From Candidatus Chisholmbacteria bacterium (GTDB taxonomy: Bacteria > Patescibacteriota > Microgenomatia > UBA1400 > Chisholmbacteraceae): a stretch of 64,000 bases of DNA. The stretch covers positions 515,438 to 579,437 of the forward strand of contig CAVPHZ010000001.1 in NCBI GenBank assembly GCA_963704905.1. The letters run 5' to 3'. Of the stretch, positions 18,413 to 27,895 are shown piece after piece. The translations under genes and the position numbers were made by a program. The notes under the pieces were generated by a model. The model saw only the letters and a program-made list of their open reading frames with translations. It did no database searches and was not told the origin of the DNA. Position 1 is the first letter of the stretch. Each line of letters opens with the position of its first letter.

Positions 18413-18649
18413 ATGGATGACATAGAGAAGCGGCTAAAAAAAGTTGAAGGGCAGATCGTGGGAATCCAGAGGATGTATACAGAACGTCGGGAGTGTATGG
18501 AGATTGCCCAGCAGATAGCGGCTGCACGGGCTGCACTGGCAAGTATTGGTCGAGAGATTCTTGGTGGAGAGGCCATTCGGTGTTCTCGCTCACCGAAAAA
18601 ACAAAAACAGTTTGAGAAGATGCTTGAGCAGCTGTTTATAATGAGTTGA
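18413..18649 (+). CDS. csoR: CsoR/RcnR-family metal-sensing transcriptional repressor
   Basis: The segment 'RLKKVEGQIVGIQRMYTERRECMEIAQQIAAARAALASIGREIL' matches the DUF156/CsoR pattern. Confidence 0.75.
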   Translation: MDDIEKRLKKVEGQIVGIQRMYTERRECMEIAQQIAAARAALASIGREILGGEAIRCSRSPKKQKQFEKMLEQLFIMS

Positions 18650-18784
18650 TGTTATAAAAAGTTATGTGGATCCACCATATTTTTCGATGATTGGCTAACT
18701 GTTTATTCAGCCGTATCCGCTCTCGAAAAATATTGGCGGACTGCGAAAATAATATATTTCTAATTTTCTTGAAGGAGGTGACGT

Positions 18785-19114
18785 ATGGCAGGTGATGCAA
18801 CTTTAACAATCACAGATGATAATTTTGAAGAAGAAGTGATGAAGAGCGATACTCCTGTTATGGTTGATTTTTGGGCACCGTGGTGTGGTCCATGCAAGAT
18901 GGCTGGGCCAGTGATTGATGAATTGGCGGTAGAACACAAGGGAAAGATTAAGATTGGGAAGATTAACGTGGATGAGAATATTGAACAGCCAGGAAAGTTT
19001 GGTGTGATGAGCATTCCTACCGTTATTTTGTTTAATGATGGTAAGGAAGTTGATCGAAAGATTGGATTCGGTGGGAAGCAAGGGTATGAGGAACTTCTAA
19101 AGAAGGTGTCATGA
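18785..19114 (+). CDS. trxA: thioredoxin
   Basis: It has the 'WAPWCGPCKM' active site. An RBS 'GGAGGTG' sits upstream. Confidence 0.9.
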   Translation: MAGDATLTITDDNFEEEVMKSDTPVMVDFWAPWCGPCKMAGPVIDELAVEHKGKIKIGKINVDENIEQPGKFGVMSIPTVILFNDGKEVDRKIGFGGKQGYEELLKKVS

Positions 19115-19119
19115 TACTT

Positions 19120-19156
19120 GCGGGGCTGCTTTGAGGCAACCCCGCTTAATTATTTA
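19120..19156 (+). terminator. rho-independent terminator after trxA
   Basis: A GC-rich hairpin 'GCGGGG...CCCCGC' is followed by 'TTAATTATTT'. Confidence 0.55.
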
Positions 19157-19188
19157 AAAAGTATATACTTCAATTATTAAGGAGTTTC

Positions 19189-20277
19189 ATGGCTGACGTT
19201 AGAAATACTATTATTATTGGTTCCGGTCCAGCGGGATATGCGGCAGGAATTTACATGGCAAGAGCGGAGCTTGTTCCACTACTTCTTGCTGGAGAGAAAA
19301 GTGGTGGGCAGTTGATGCTGACGACTGATGTTGAGAACTATCCTGGATTTGCTGAGGGAAAGATGGGACCTGAGTTGATGGCGGAGATGCGGCAACAAGC
19401 AGAACGATTTGGCACAGAGATGGTTGATACTTTCGTGACTGCGGTAGATTTTTCTTCTCGACCTTTCAAGATTTGGACGGCAGTAACTGAAGGAAAGTCG
19501 ATGGAAGATTTGGCGATACATTCCAAACCTGAAGAATTCCAGAGTGCAATCTCTGAGGTTAAAAAGCAACCGCATGCCTATGAAGCCAAGTCAGTTGTTT
19601 TGGCTACTGGAGCAATCTCAATTCTTCTCGGATTACCTGGTGAGTCAGAACACTTAGGTCGTGGAGTAAGCACGTGCGCTGTGTGTGACGCAGCGTTTTT
19701 TCGAGAAAAGAATGTTTACCTTGTTGGTGGTGGTGATGCTGCGATGGAGGATGTTTTAGCGTTGGTGAAGTTTGCATCTACCGTCACTTTAATTCATCGA
19801 AGAGATGAGCTTCGTGCAAGTAAAATAATGCAGAGAAGGGTGCTGGAGGACAATAAAGACAAAGTTAAGGTTTTGTGGAACTCAGAAGTGCTTGAGGTGA
19901 AAGGAGATGGGCAGAGAATTTCTGGGATACGGGTGAAGAACAATCGGACTGGTGAAAAGCGAGAGCTACCAGCAGACGGTCTGTTTGTTGCTATCGGTCA
20001 TAAACCAATGACGCAGGTGTTTCGAAATGAAGTACGGTTGGATGAGAAAGGCTACATTGTGACCCGACTGGGTTTAGATAAACAGAGCGTTGAGCTGGCT
20101 GAATCGCATATTAATGTAGAAGGAAAATTAGAATTTCCCACAATGACGAGCGTGGAAGGTGTTTTTGCAGCTGGAGATGTGGTTGATTTTCGTTATAAAC
20201 AAGCAATTACTGCGGCTGGATTTGGTACAATGGCGGCGCTTGATGCAGAGTGGTGGTTGCAGAAACATAATACTTAA
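19189..20277 (+). CDS. trxB: thioredoxin-disulfide reductase
   Basis: It has 'IIIGSGPAGYAAGIY', the redox-active 'CAVCDAAFF', and a second dinucleotide-binding 'VGGGDAAMEDV'. At 362 aa it is longer than typical TrxB, with an insertion in the FAD domain. Confidence 0.85.
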   Translation: MADVRNTIIIGSGPAGYAAGIYMARAELVPLLLAGEKSGGQLMLTTDVENYPGFAEGKMGPELMAEMRQQAERFGTEMVDTFVTAVDFSSRPFKIWTAVTEGKSMEDLAIHSKPEEFQSAISEVKKQPHAYEAKSVVLATGAISILLGLPGESEHLGRGVSTCAVCDAAFFREKNVYLVGGGDAAMEDVLALVKFASTVTLIHRRDELRASKIMQRRVLEDNKDKVKVLWNSEVLEVKGDGQRISGIRVKNNRTGEKRELPADGLFVAIGHKPMTQVFRNEVRLDEKGYIVTRLGLDKQSVELAESHINVEGKLEFPTMTSVEGVFAAGDVVDFRYKQAITAAGFGTMAALDAEWWLQKHNT

Positions 20278-20335
20278 GGGCGAGTGGTGAGCTACGTTAT
20301 GAATTCTTGTGGGCGGACATGGAGTTAACTAGACG

Positions 20336-20674
20336 ATGTTAGAAAGAGAAATAGTTGATGAACAATCATCGGATGAAGGTGGTGGGACTGAAAAAGAACC
20401 AGTTTTTCAGATTGATCATGGTACGGCTAATGGGCGTACATTATTTTGGAGGAACAAAGACGGTGAAGGGGTAACTATGTTGATCTGGGATCCAGAAAAT
20501 GGCTACTATGGATGGGCATCTGCAGCTAAAGCAGCTAAAACATTTGATCGATGTATTACAAGAGAAGATCTACTACTTCAACTTGACCACCTACCAGAAT
20601 CATCCATTAACGAGGAGATGTTCGATAGTTTATTACTTGTAATAAGAGGGGAAGAACATGTCGAATCCGTATAG
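20336..20674 (+). CDS. hypothetical protein
   Basis: The ORF overlaps the gdh start by 17 nt. Confidence 0.35.
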   Translation: MLEREIVDEQSSDEGGGTEKEPVFQIDHGTANGRTLFWRNKDGEGVTMLIWDPENGYYGWASAAKAAKTFDRCITREDLLLQLDHLPESSINEEMFDSLLLVIRGEEHVESV

Positions 20675-21953
20675 CAATGCTTTACAGCAGCTAGATGAAG
20701 TATTGAAGCATATTGAAGTTCCTAAGGACGTAACTCAGCAGCTAAAGAAGCCGAAGACTGTTATTAAGAAAAACCTCAAAGTGAAGATGGACACTGGGAA
20801 AGTGAAGTCTTTCTTTGCTTTTCGATCTCAGCATAACGATGCGAGGGGACCGTTTAAGGGAGGAATTCGATTTCATCCACAAGTGAGCGAAGATGAGGTG
20901 AAGGCGCTTTCTATGTGGATGACCTGGAAGTCGGCAGTGGTTGGTATTCCCTATGGAGGAGGAAAAGGTGGAGTCATTGTTGATCCAAAATTACTCTCTT
21001 CATCAGGAGAACTCGAGCGACTCTCGCGTGAGTATATGAAGGCATTTGCTCCTCACTTCGGTGCGTGGAGAGACGTCCCAGCTCCTGATGTAAATACAAA
21101 TCCCCAAGTTATGGCATGGATGCTGGACGAGTATCAGAAATATGTAAAGAACCACGAGCAACACGATGCAAGGAATTATTCATCACCGTATGCGGTATTA
21201 ACGGGAAAGCCGATTGAGTTGGGGGGGTCGCAAGGCAGGACAGAGGCGACTGGTTTTGGAGGATTTATCATTCTTGAGCAGTTGGCTAAAAAACTTAAAT
21301 TGCGGAGGCAGTATACAACTATTGCTATACAAGGATTCGGTAATGTTGGGTATTGGTTTGCGTATTATGCTGATCGGGCTGGTTTTAAGGTGGTTGCGGC
21401 TTCTGACAGTCAAGGTGGTGTCTATGTTCCTCGGGGTTTGAGTCCTGAATTAACTATGACGCGAAAGCGAGAGCGGGGGCAGATAGCAGGAAATTACTGC
21501 GTTGGGTCGGTTTGTGATCTTAAACTTGGAAAAGATATCAGCCAAGAAGAACTTCTCGAACTTGATGTCGATATTTTAGTCCCGGCAGCGCTTGAAGGAG
21601 TAATTCATAAAAAAAATGCTGCAAAAATCAAGGCGAAGGCAATTATTGAGCTGGCAAATGGACCGGTAACACCTGAAGCGGATGCTATTTTTATAAAACG
21701 AAAGATGCAGTCTGTGCCTGATATTTTGGCGAATGCAGGAGGAGTAACAACCTCATATTTTGAGTGGTCGCAAAATCTTTCAGGTTACTACTGGAAAAAA
21801 GACCTGGTTTTTGAGCGGTTGCAAGAGATCTTGGAGGATGCATTTGAGAATGTGTGGGAAATCTCGAAGGATAAGCATACTGACTTACGAACAGCTGCTT
21901 ACATTTTGGCAGTTTCTCGAGTAGTTGAGGCAATGAAACTGCGTGGGAATTAA
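20658..21953 (+). CDS. gdh: glutamate dehydrogenase (Glu/Leu/Phe/Val dehydrogenase family)
   Basis: It has 'GGIRFHP' and 'KSAVVGIPYGGGKGGV' GDH signatures, plus the Rossmann 'GFGNVG'. Confidence 0.85.
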   Translation: MSNPYSNALQQLDEVLKHIEVPKDVTQQLKKPKTVIKKNLKVKMDTGKVKSFFAFRSQHNDARGPFKGGIRFHPQVSEDEVKALSMWMTWKSAVVGIPYGGGKGGVIVDPKLLSSSGELERLSREYMKAFAPHFGAWRDVPAPDVNTNPQVMAWMLDEYQKYVKNHEQHDARNYSSPYAVLTGKPIELGGSQGRTEATGFGGFIILEQLAKKLKLRRQYTTIAIQGFGNVGYWFAYYADRAGFKVVAASDSQGGVYVPRGLSPELTMTRKRERGQIAGNYCVGSVCDLKLGKDISQEELLELDVDILVPAALEGVIHKKNAAKIKAKAIIELANGPVTPEADAIFIKRKMQSVPDILANAGGVTTSYFEWSQNLSGYYWKKDLVFERLQEILEDAFENVWEISKDKHTDLRTAAYILAVSRVVEAMKLRGN

Positions 21954-22032
21954 AAAAAACAACAAGATTCAAATATTTATCATATTGTTTAGTTGACATT
22001 GCTCACACGCTCGAGTATAGTTTGGTGATCTT

Positions 22033-22791
22033 ATGAAGCTTCCTGAAAAAACAACTCCACTCCTTTTGGTGCTTCTGATTGCTGCTGCTTTTCTTATTGG
22101 GCGCTATCAGGGTCAGCTTGAACTTCTTAAAGGTGGGAGTACTTCAGGAACACGTACTGTTCAACAACCAACAACTCAACAAGGAATACAACCTGGAACT
22201 CAACAAGGTCAAGATCCTAATGCGCAACTCCCTCCTCAAACGCAACTTACTGATGATCAATGGCAGAATCTTTTGGCTTTTCCAGTTGCAGCAAAAGGGG
22301 ATGACAGTGCCCCTGTGACCATCGTGGAATTTACTGACTATCAATGTCCATACTGTTCGCAATATTTTACTTCCACGTATCCTCAGATCAATGAGCAGTA
22401 TATCAATACGGGTAAAGTACGTTACATGGTGCGGGATTTCCCCTTGCCATTTCATGGAAATGCAGCTATTGCAGCACAGGCAGCACGATGTGCTGGAGAT
22501 GGAGGGAAATATTGGGAGATGCATGAGGTACTCTTTGAGAAGCAAGAGGATTGGTCATCTGGTAATCCTACTGAGACATTTACGTCTTATGCAGGTGATA
22601 TTGGCATAAATACTGGATCGTTCTCTGATTGTTTGTCTAGTGAAAAATACAAGCAGGCTGTTGATGATGATCTTGAGCTGGCTCAGCAACTTGGTGTGGG
22701 AGGGACTCCTGGTTTCTTCATCAATGGGAAGCTGTTGGTTGGAGCGCAGCCGTTTTCGGCATTTGAAACAGAAATCGAGAGTAATTTCTAA
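22033..22791 (+). CDS. DsbA-like thiol:disulfide oxidoreductase (thioredoxin fold)
   Basis: It has an N-terminal TM/signal sequence and a 'YQCPYC' active site in a DsbA-like context. Confidence 0.75.
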   Translation: MKLPEKTTPLLLVLLIAAAFLIGRYQGQLELLKGGSTSGTRTVQQPTTQQGIQPGTQQGQDPNAQLPPQTQLTDDQWQNLLAFPVAAKGDDSAPVTIVEFTDYQCPYCSQYFTSTYPQINEQYINTGKVRYMVRDFPLPFHGNAAIAAQAARCAGDGGKYWEMHEVLFEKQEDWSSGNPTETFTSYAGDIGINTGSFSDCLSSEKYKQAVDDDLELAQQLGVGGTPGFFINGKLLVGAQPFSAFETEIESNF

Positions 22792-22813
22792 AACTTTTTC
22801 TTCTTTTTTCTTT

Positions 22814-23197
22814 TTACTCTTCTGGGATGAAACTCTTAATTTTTTCTGATAGAAGGTCAGGATTCACGTCGGTTTTGATGATAAAGGCGTTGGCTCCCAA
22901 TGCCATTGCTTGTTCGAGGACGGGATCGTGAGCAAGATTTGTGAGAATGACAATAGGACCGTTTTTCATTTTTGGCGGTGATGTTTGAAGTTTTTTTAAT
23001 ACTGAGATGCCATCGAGTTTTGGCATCATGAGGTCAAGGAGAATTAGCGCATATCCACCTTGTTGAGCTTTTGTTAATCCTTCTTCACCGTCGCCTGCGC
23101 TTTCGACCTGGTAGCCTGCAAACTTGATAATCTCGGTATAGAGTTCTCTGGCGTCTTTTTCGTCTTCTATAAGGAGAATGCGTTGGTTTGATTGCAT
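22814..23197 (-). CDS. stand-alone response-regulator receiver domain (CheY-like)
   Basis: It has 'ILLIEDEKDARE', 'ILLDLMMPKLDG' and the phospho-acceptor Asp. The start was trimmed to the Met of 'MQSNQRILLIEDE', because the upstream extension of ORF 22814..23326 is not receiver-like. Confidence 0.75.
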   Translation of the reverse strand: MQSNQRILLIEDEKDARELYTEIIKFAGYQVESAGDGEEGLTKAQQGGYALILLDLMMPKLDGISVLKKLQTSPPKMKNGPIVILTNLAHDPVLEQAMALGANAFIIKTDVNPDLLSEKIKSFIPEE

Positions 23198-23229
23198 TAC
23201 TTGTAGACTACGATACCTAAAGCGCGAAA

Positions 23230-25440
23230 TCAAGCGGCTGGTAATGTGAATGATACAGTGCTCCCTTTGCCAAGTTCTGAATCGAACCAAATTTTTCCAC
23301 CTGAGATGTTTATGAGAAGGTTGCAAATGTACAGACCTAGCCCCGAGCCGGGAGTTTCGGTGAATTCTGCTTCTTTGACATCGAGTTTTCCAAATTTAGT
23401 GAACAACTGGGTGAGATTATCTTTGCTTACACCGATGCCTGTATCAGATATATTTACTTTGATCATTTCTCCTTCTTTGAAGATTGAGAGAGTAATTTTT
23501 CCATCCTTGGGAGTGAATTTGATCGCATTGTCTATCAGGTTTGAAATGACCTGATGGATTTTATCACTATCTGCAGTGACAATATACGTTTTATGAGTAT
23601 TCAATTTTACATAGACCTTTTTCTCTTCTGCCTTGGGGTAGAGCTCTTCAACTGCACGTTGTGCAAGCTCAGTAATATTAAAATTTGTAGGCTTAAGATT
23701 GATACGCTTGCTTTCTATTTTTGACACATCAAGCATGTCGTTTATGAGTTTAATTTCTCGCTCGTTGGTTTCATAAACACGCTGGAGACGGTGGTAGATG
23801 TGCTGGGGAAGATCCTTTTCTTGCTTCAGTATCATATAGAGATAGTTTTTCATGATTGATGCTGGCGTGCGGAGTTCATGAGATGCAATCGAGATGAATT
23901 CATCTTTGAGTTTATCTAAATCTTGGAGATGGCGAAGTGCTTGTCGTAAGTCTTTAGTAGCTTTTTTAACTTCATCCTGTAGTGTGATGTTAAAGTTTTT
24001 GATTTCCTCATACCGTTGAGCGTTTTGGAGGGCGACGGCAAACTCAGGACCAACAATATTCAGCAGGTTTAAATCTTTGGCGTAGTACGGTTCACCAGAT
24101 GATTTCTCACCAAGAAGGAGTGATCCAATGATCTGGTTTTTTGTAACCATAGGGACTACAATGGCAATTGATAAGTCTCGCAATCTTTGTTTGGTATGGC
24201 CTTCTTTCAATTCTTCGTAGATCACCATTTTGTCAGAACTGTCTTTGGCGATAAGTTTTTTTAGTATCTCTCGAGTCAGCTTTTTTTTATGACTTTCAGG
24301 TTGGGTTCTTAAAGATAAATAATGGATATCTGATCCGATAATAAATGATCCCCAAGAGATTTTCATTTGTTCTCTAAGAATAGTTAGTAGTTTGTCAGAG
24401 AGTTTGTTCAGATTTCTTGTTAACGCCATCGATTGCGAAAGGCTATGTAAAAGTACATCAGTGCTATATCTATCCTTATAGAAGATATTGTCGGTGATTT
24501 TCCCAAAATAATCCTGTAATGGTTGGAATGTATATGCGATAAATAGTGCAATAACCGTGGTTATGAGTATGTTCATTGTTCTACTATCGCCAATTTGTAC
24601 GTATGTACTCAGTAAAAATAACAGCGAAGAGTAAAATAACCCCAAAAAAATGATCAGTACTGTGTAACTAATGGATCTTGCGATGATAACCCGAATATCC
24701 ATAAATCTGTGCTTGATGATTGCGTAAGTGATTATGACATTCATGGGTGTGAGGAAAATGGGACCGAGAGCAATCCATCTAAAATTTCTGAAGAGAGGCA
24801 GTATGATGTTTGGAATAATTGCACCAATACTTGGGAAAAGAAGACCTATCAGCACTAGACGCATCTGGAGTTTGACGATTCCTTTTGAGGAGTGGAACTT
24901 TTTCCAAACAAGCAAGAAACCCCAAATTATGAATGCAAGGTAATACACCATCCAAAACAGATAGACTGGGCCGAGCGTTATGATTTTTTCAGTTGGGAGT
25001 ATCTGAATTTGTTTAATCCATACACCAGGCAGTAGGAGTAAAGCTACAAAGAGAAGTGGAGCGAGTGTGATGAGCAGTAGTTGTTTGCTCGGGGGAGATT
25101 TTTTCTGAGTAAGAGCATATGCGAATAATACAAAAAGCGAAGGGACGAAGATTACAGAGATGTAGATAAGTGTACTCCAGAGGTAAAGAAATTGAAGATC
25201 TTTGGTGATTTGAAAAAATGATATAGCGAAAGACCAAAGGCCGACGCTTGATAGAAAAAGTGTAAGCGATTTATTAATAATACTTTGATGATTTCTCCAG
25301 AATACAATTGCGGCAAGTAGAAAGGTAAAAATGCCTATGATAATGAGTGATGCATTGATCAAGCTCATGTTATCTACCAGTTTACCATTTGCGATGGACT
25401 GGTATTTAGGTGTGACTAATTTTTTTAATAACACCGACAA
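23230..25440 (-). CDS. sensor histidine kinase with multi-TM N-terminal sensor domain
   Basis: It has about 7 N-terminal TM helices, the H-box 'SHELRTP', and C-terminal HATPase_c motifs (N-, G1-, G2-box-like 'GSGLGLYI'). Confidence 0.8.
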   Translation of the reverse strand: MSVLLKKLVTPKYQSIANGKLVDNMSLINASLIIIGIFTFLLAAIVFWRNHQSIINKSLTLFLSSVGLWSFAISFFQITKDLQFLYLWSTLIYISVIFVPSLFVLFAYALTQKKSPPSKQLLLITLAPLLFVALLLLPGVWIKQIQILPTEKIITLGPVYLFWMVYYLAFIIWGFLLVWKKFHSSKGIVKLQMRLVLIGLLFPSIGAIIPNIILPLFRNFRWIALGPIFLTPMNVIITYAIIKHRFMDIRVIIARSISYTVLIIFLGLFYSSLLFLLSTYVQIGDSRTMNILITTVIALFIAYTFQPLQDYFGKITDNIFYKDRYSTDVLLHSLSQSMALTRNLNKLSDKLLTILREQMKISWGSFIIGSDIHYLSLRTQPESHKKKLTREILKKLIAKDSSDKMVIYEELKEGHTKQRLRDLSIAIVVPMVTKNQIIGSLLLGEKSSGEPYYAKDLNLLNIVGPEFAVALQNAQRYEEIKNFNITLQDEVKKATKDLRQALRHLQDLDKLKDEFISIASHELRTPASIMKNYLYMILKQEKDLPQHIYHRLQRVYETNEREIKLINDMLDVSKIESKRINLKPTNFNITELAQRAVEELYPKAEEKKVYVKLNTHKTYIVTADSDKIHQVISNLIDNAIKFTPKDGKITLSIFKEGEMIKVNISDTGIGVSKDNLTQLFTKFGKLDVKEAEFTETPGSGLGLYICNLLINISGGKIWFDSELGKGSTVSFTLPAA

Positions 25441-26744
25441 AATTATTTTGTAATCACGGCTTTGAATGCAAATGCTATTGGGAAATACGCGTCATTAGTG
25501 TTTGGAGAGCATTGAGAGCGTTTTAGATGTGCTTGGAACGTTTGTACTCAGGAAATTATGCTGATTTTTCCTCTTTTATTCTGTTCGATTAGGGCGATAG
25601 GAGACGTGGAGCGAGGATTTGTATCTATTGATCTGGCATCGTCTTGTTATATAGCATTATAAGCTCTTTCTTCACGAGTTATCTTTTATCTTATAGTTAT
25701 TATTCAGCATGATATTAAGTCTAGTAGCTTGGTTTTTAGGAACTATGTTATTGGAGAATATTGTTTATTAGAAATTGTTTGATGACTATGTATATTGGTT
25801 ACCTAAATTAAGAACTACTATGTTCACTTTGCAACTAGTATAAATAATCGAAACTGCTGATATAGATGTTCTTTATAGGATTAGACTAGTAATTTGGATG
25901 AATTTCCAGTCATGTAATAGGGCAGATTTCACTGAATTAGAACATACATGAGTTGAGGGGAGTATGTCGCTTAATCATATAAAGATATATATTATTATAT
26001 TACATACTATTAGATATCAATAAGTAGGACCTAGAGTAATACTTTTCGTCGAGAGATAGATAAATGGCAGAAAATTGTTACATTTGAAAGTTTTACGTGT
26101 GTTTTTTTAATTAAATTTCTCATCATTCATTGAACTGAGCATAGAAGCGGAAAGACATATTTGGGTTTGCTTAGGTACTGCTTGCTCAATGCATAGCTAT
26201 ATCCAGGCGAAGAGGCTGTCTTATCTTATTGGTTGGGATGGATTGTGAGATTGCTGGAAGCTTCATTTTTCTAGCAAACTCATATTTTCTCAAGATAGTG
26301 AAATATTGCCGGATGATTAGGAAATGTAGATTGATTTTCGTTTTATGGCCTTACTTTCTTTCACCTTGGCGAAAAGTCAGGGCTATCATTCTAGGGATGG
26401 ATATCCTGATTGGGAATTCGACTATTTCGTCTGGGCGATATTTCAGGTCAAGTGGAGTGAGCATCTGGTTTGACAACGATGGAACCATGGAATCTTAGCC
26501 CATGGAGCTTCATTTGAGGTTGTGAATTCATTTGCTTTGTTTAACTGCTGTTTTGTTGATTTAGTGTATGTGCTGTTTCCTAAATTTATGATTGGGAGGA
26601 GGGTATTGAGCAAATTATGCCTCCACTTGAGGAAACAGCCTAGTATTCAGCTACCTATGCATTGGTTAGGCTTTGCGTAGGTGACCTCTGGTAAGAGGCT
26701 TGTCAACAATTCGGTGGTGCAATCGATTTGGATGGAGAGTGAAA

Positions 26745-27698
26745 TTAAGCTCGAGTGTAGTAAACTGAGCGGCCTTTTCCATGAGGGAAAAGAAGTCCGA
26801 GGTTGACGAGTTTTCTCAAGTCACGGCTGGCGGTTATTTGGGAGATCTTACAGATTTGTTGAACTTTCCTATTTGTTACTTTTAACTCTGGTTGTTGAAC
26901 AATTCTCATGACTTCTTTCTGACGATCGTTGAGCTCGAAATATCTGGGTGAGGTCTCAGTTTTAAAACTCCGGTCTTTTACTGATTGGACGGCTTTGTTG
27001 AGTTGGACTACAACACCCTTCGTGAAGTACTCGATCCAGAGAGTTAGATTATTTGAGCGTTGTACACTCTCGAGTGCCTGCTGGTAGGAATTCATGTCTT
27101 TTCTCCAATATTCCTCAAGCACTAAGAGGCCTCTAAAGTCATAGCCATGTTTGTAGAGGAAGAGGTGAGCTAGAAGTCTGGCGAGTTTGCCATTTTTCTC
27201 TGAGATGGGTTTGAGGTTTTCGATGAGTGCTTGCGCTGCTGCAGCTTGAATGATGGGGCTTTCTTCACCCGCCTGAAGGTAATCAAGTGAGGCTTTGAGC
27301 GTTCTCTCGGGTGTGAGGAATGTTTTATCTTTGGTGTCCACGGTTGGGAGGATGGCTATTTCGTAGAGTTCCTTTAATGTTGCGGTTGAGATGGTTTTTG
27401 GAGACACGAGCCAGTTCTGGGTGATGTAGTCAAGAGCTCTTTTGTAATTTATAACCTCTTGTTGGTCAGTGGATATCTGTTTTATTTCTCTGGTGAGAGT
27501 GGAAATGGTATCTTTTTTGGAAAGTGGGTGGTTTTCGATCTTTAATGACCAGTAGATACGCTCAATGTTGGCTTCCCACTTAAGGCGTAACTCGGTTTTT
27601 GGAGCCAAGGGGGTAAGGAGGATTTGTCTTTTTAGACTTTCAATTCTCTCAGGCAGAGTTTTGAGATCTTGTGAAAGGTTGTATGAGAGACCTTGCAT
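26745..27698 (-). CDS. Fic-family protein with degenerate Fic motif and C-terminal winged-helix
   Basis: The canonical motif HPFxDGNGRxxR appears here as 'KPISEKNGKLAR', followed by 'LLAHLFLYKHGYDF'. The C-terminus 'QICKISQITASRDLRKLVNLGLL' is wHTH-like. Confidence 0.55.
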   Translation of the reverse strand: MQGLSYNLSQDLKTLPERIESLKRQILLTPLAPKTELRLKWEANIERIYWSLKIENHPLSKKDTISTLTREIKQISTDQQEVINYKRALDYITQNWLVSPKTISTATLKELYEIAILPTVDTKDKTFLTPERTLKASLDYLQAGEESPIIQAAAAQALIENLKPISEKNGKLARLLAHLFLYKHGYDFRGLLVLEEYWRKDMNSYQQALESVQRSNNLTLWIEYFTKGVVVQLNKAVQSVKDRSFKTETSPRYFELNDRQKEVMRIVQQPELKVTNRKVQQICKISQITASRDLRKLVNLGLLFPHGKGRSVYYTRA

Positions 27699-27895
27699 GG
27701 CTGCATGCTAGCTAAAATTGAAAGTTAAGTCAATATATTCTCATCTCGCTGACTAACCAGATCTAGATAAAATATCATGTTAAGATTATGATAAGTTTAG
27801 TTACGCCTTATTTTGGGGCTTGACATATATATTAAAAAGCTGATTCAATAATGATAAGAATATCCAGGTGTTGAATAAGCAATACCTAAGCAAAC

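Noticed and set aside
23198-23326. Longer N-terminal extension of the response-regulator ORF (22814..23326)
   Set aside because: The extension 'MQPSHKHLRWKNLVRFRTW...' is not receiver-like and overlaps the histidine-kinase stop. The in-frame Met of 'MQSNQRILLIEDE' gives a canonical receiver start.
25441-26744. CRISPR array or other short tandem repeats in the long gap
   Set aside because: No regularly spaced direct repeats were detected on reading. Only a single long hairpin was found.
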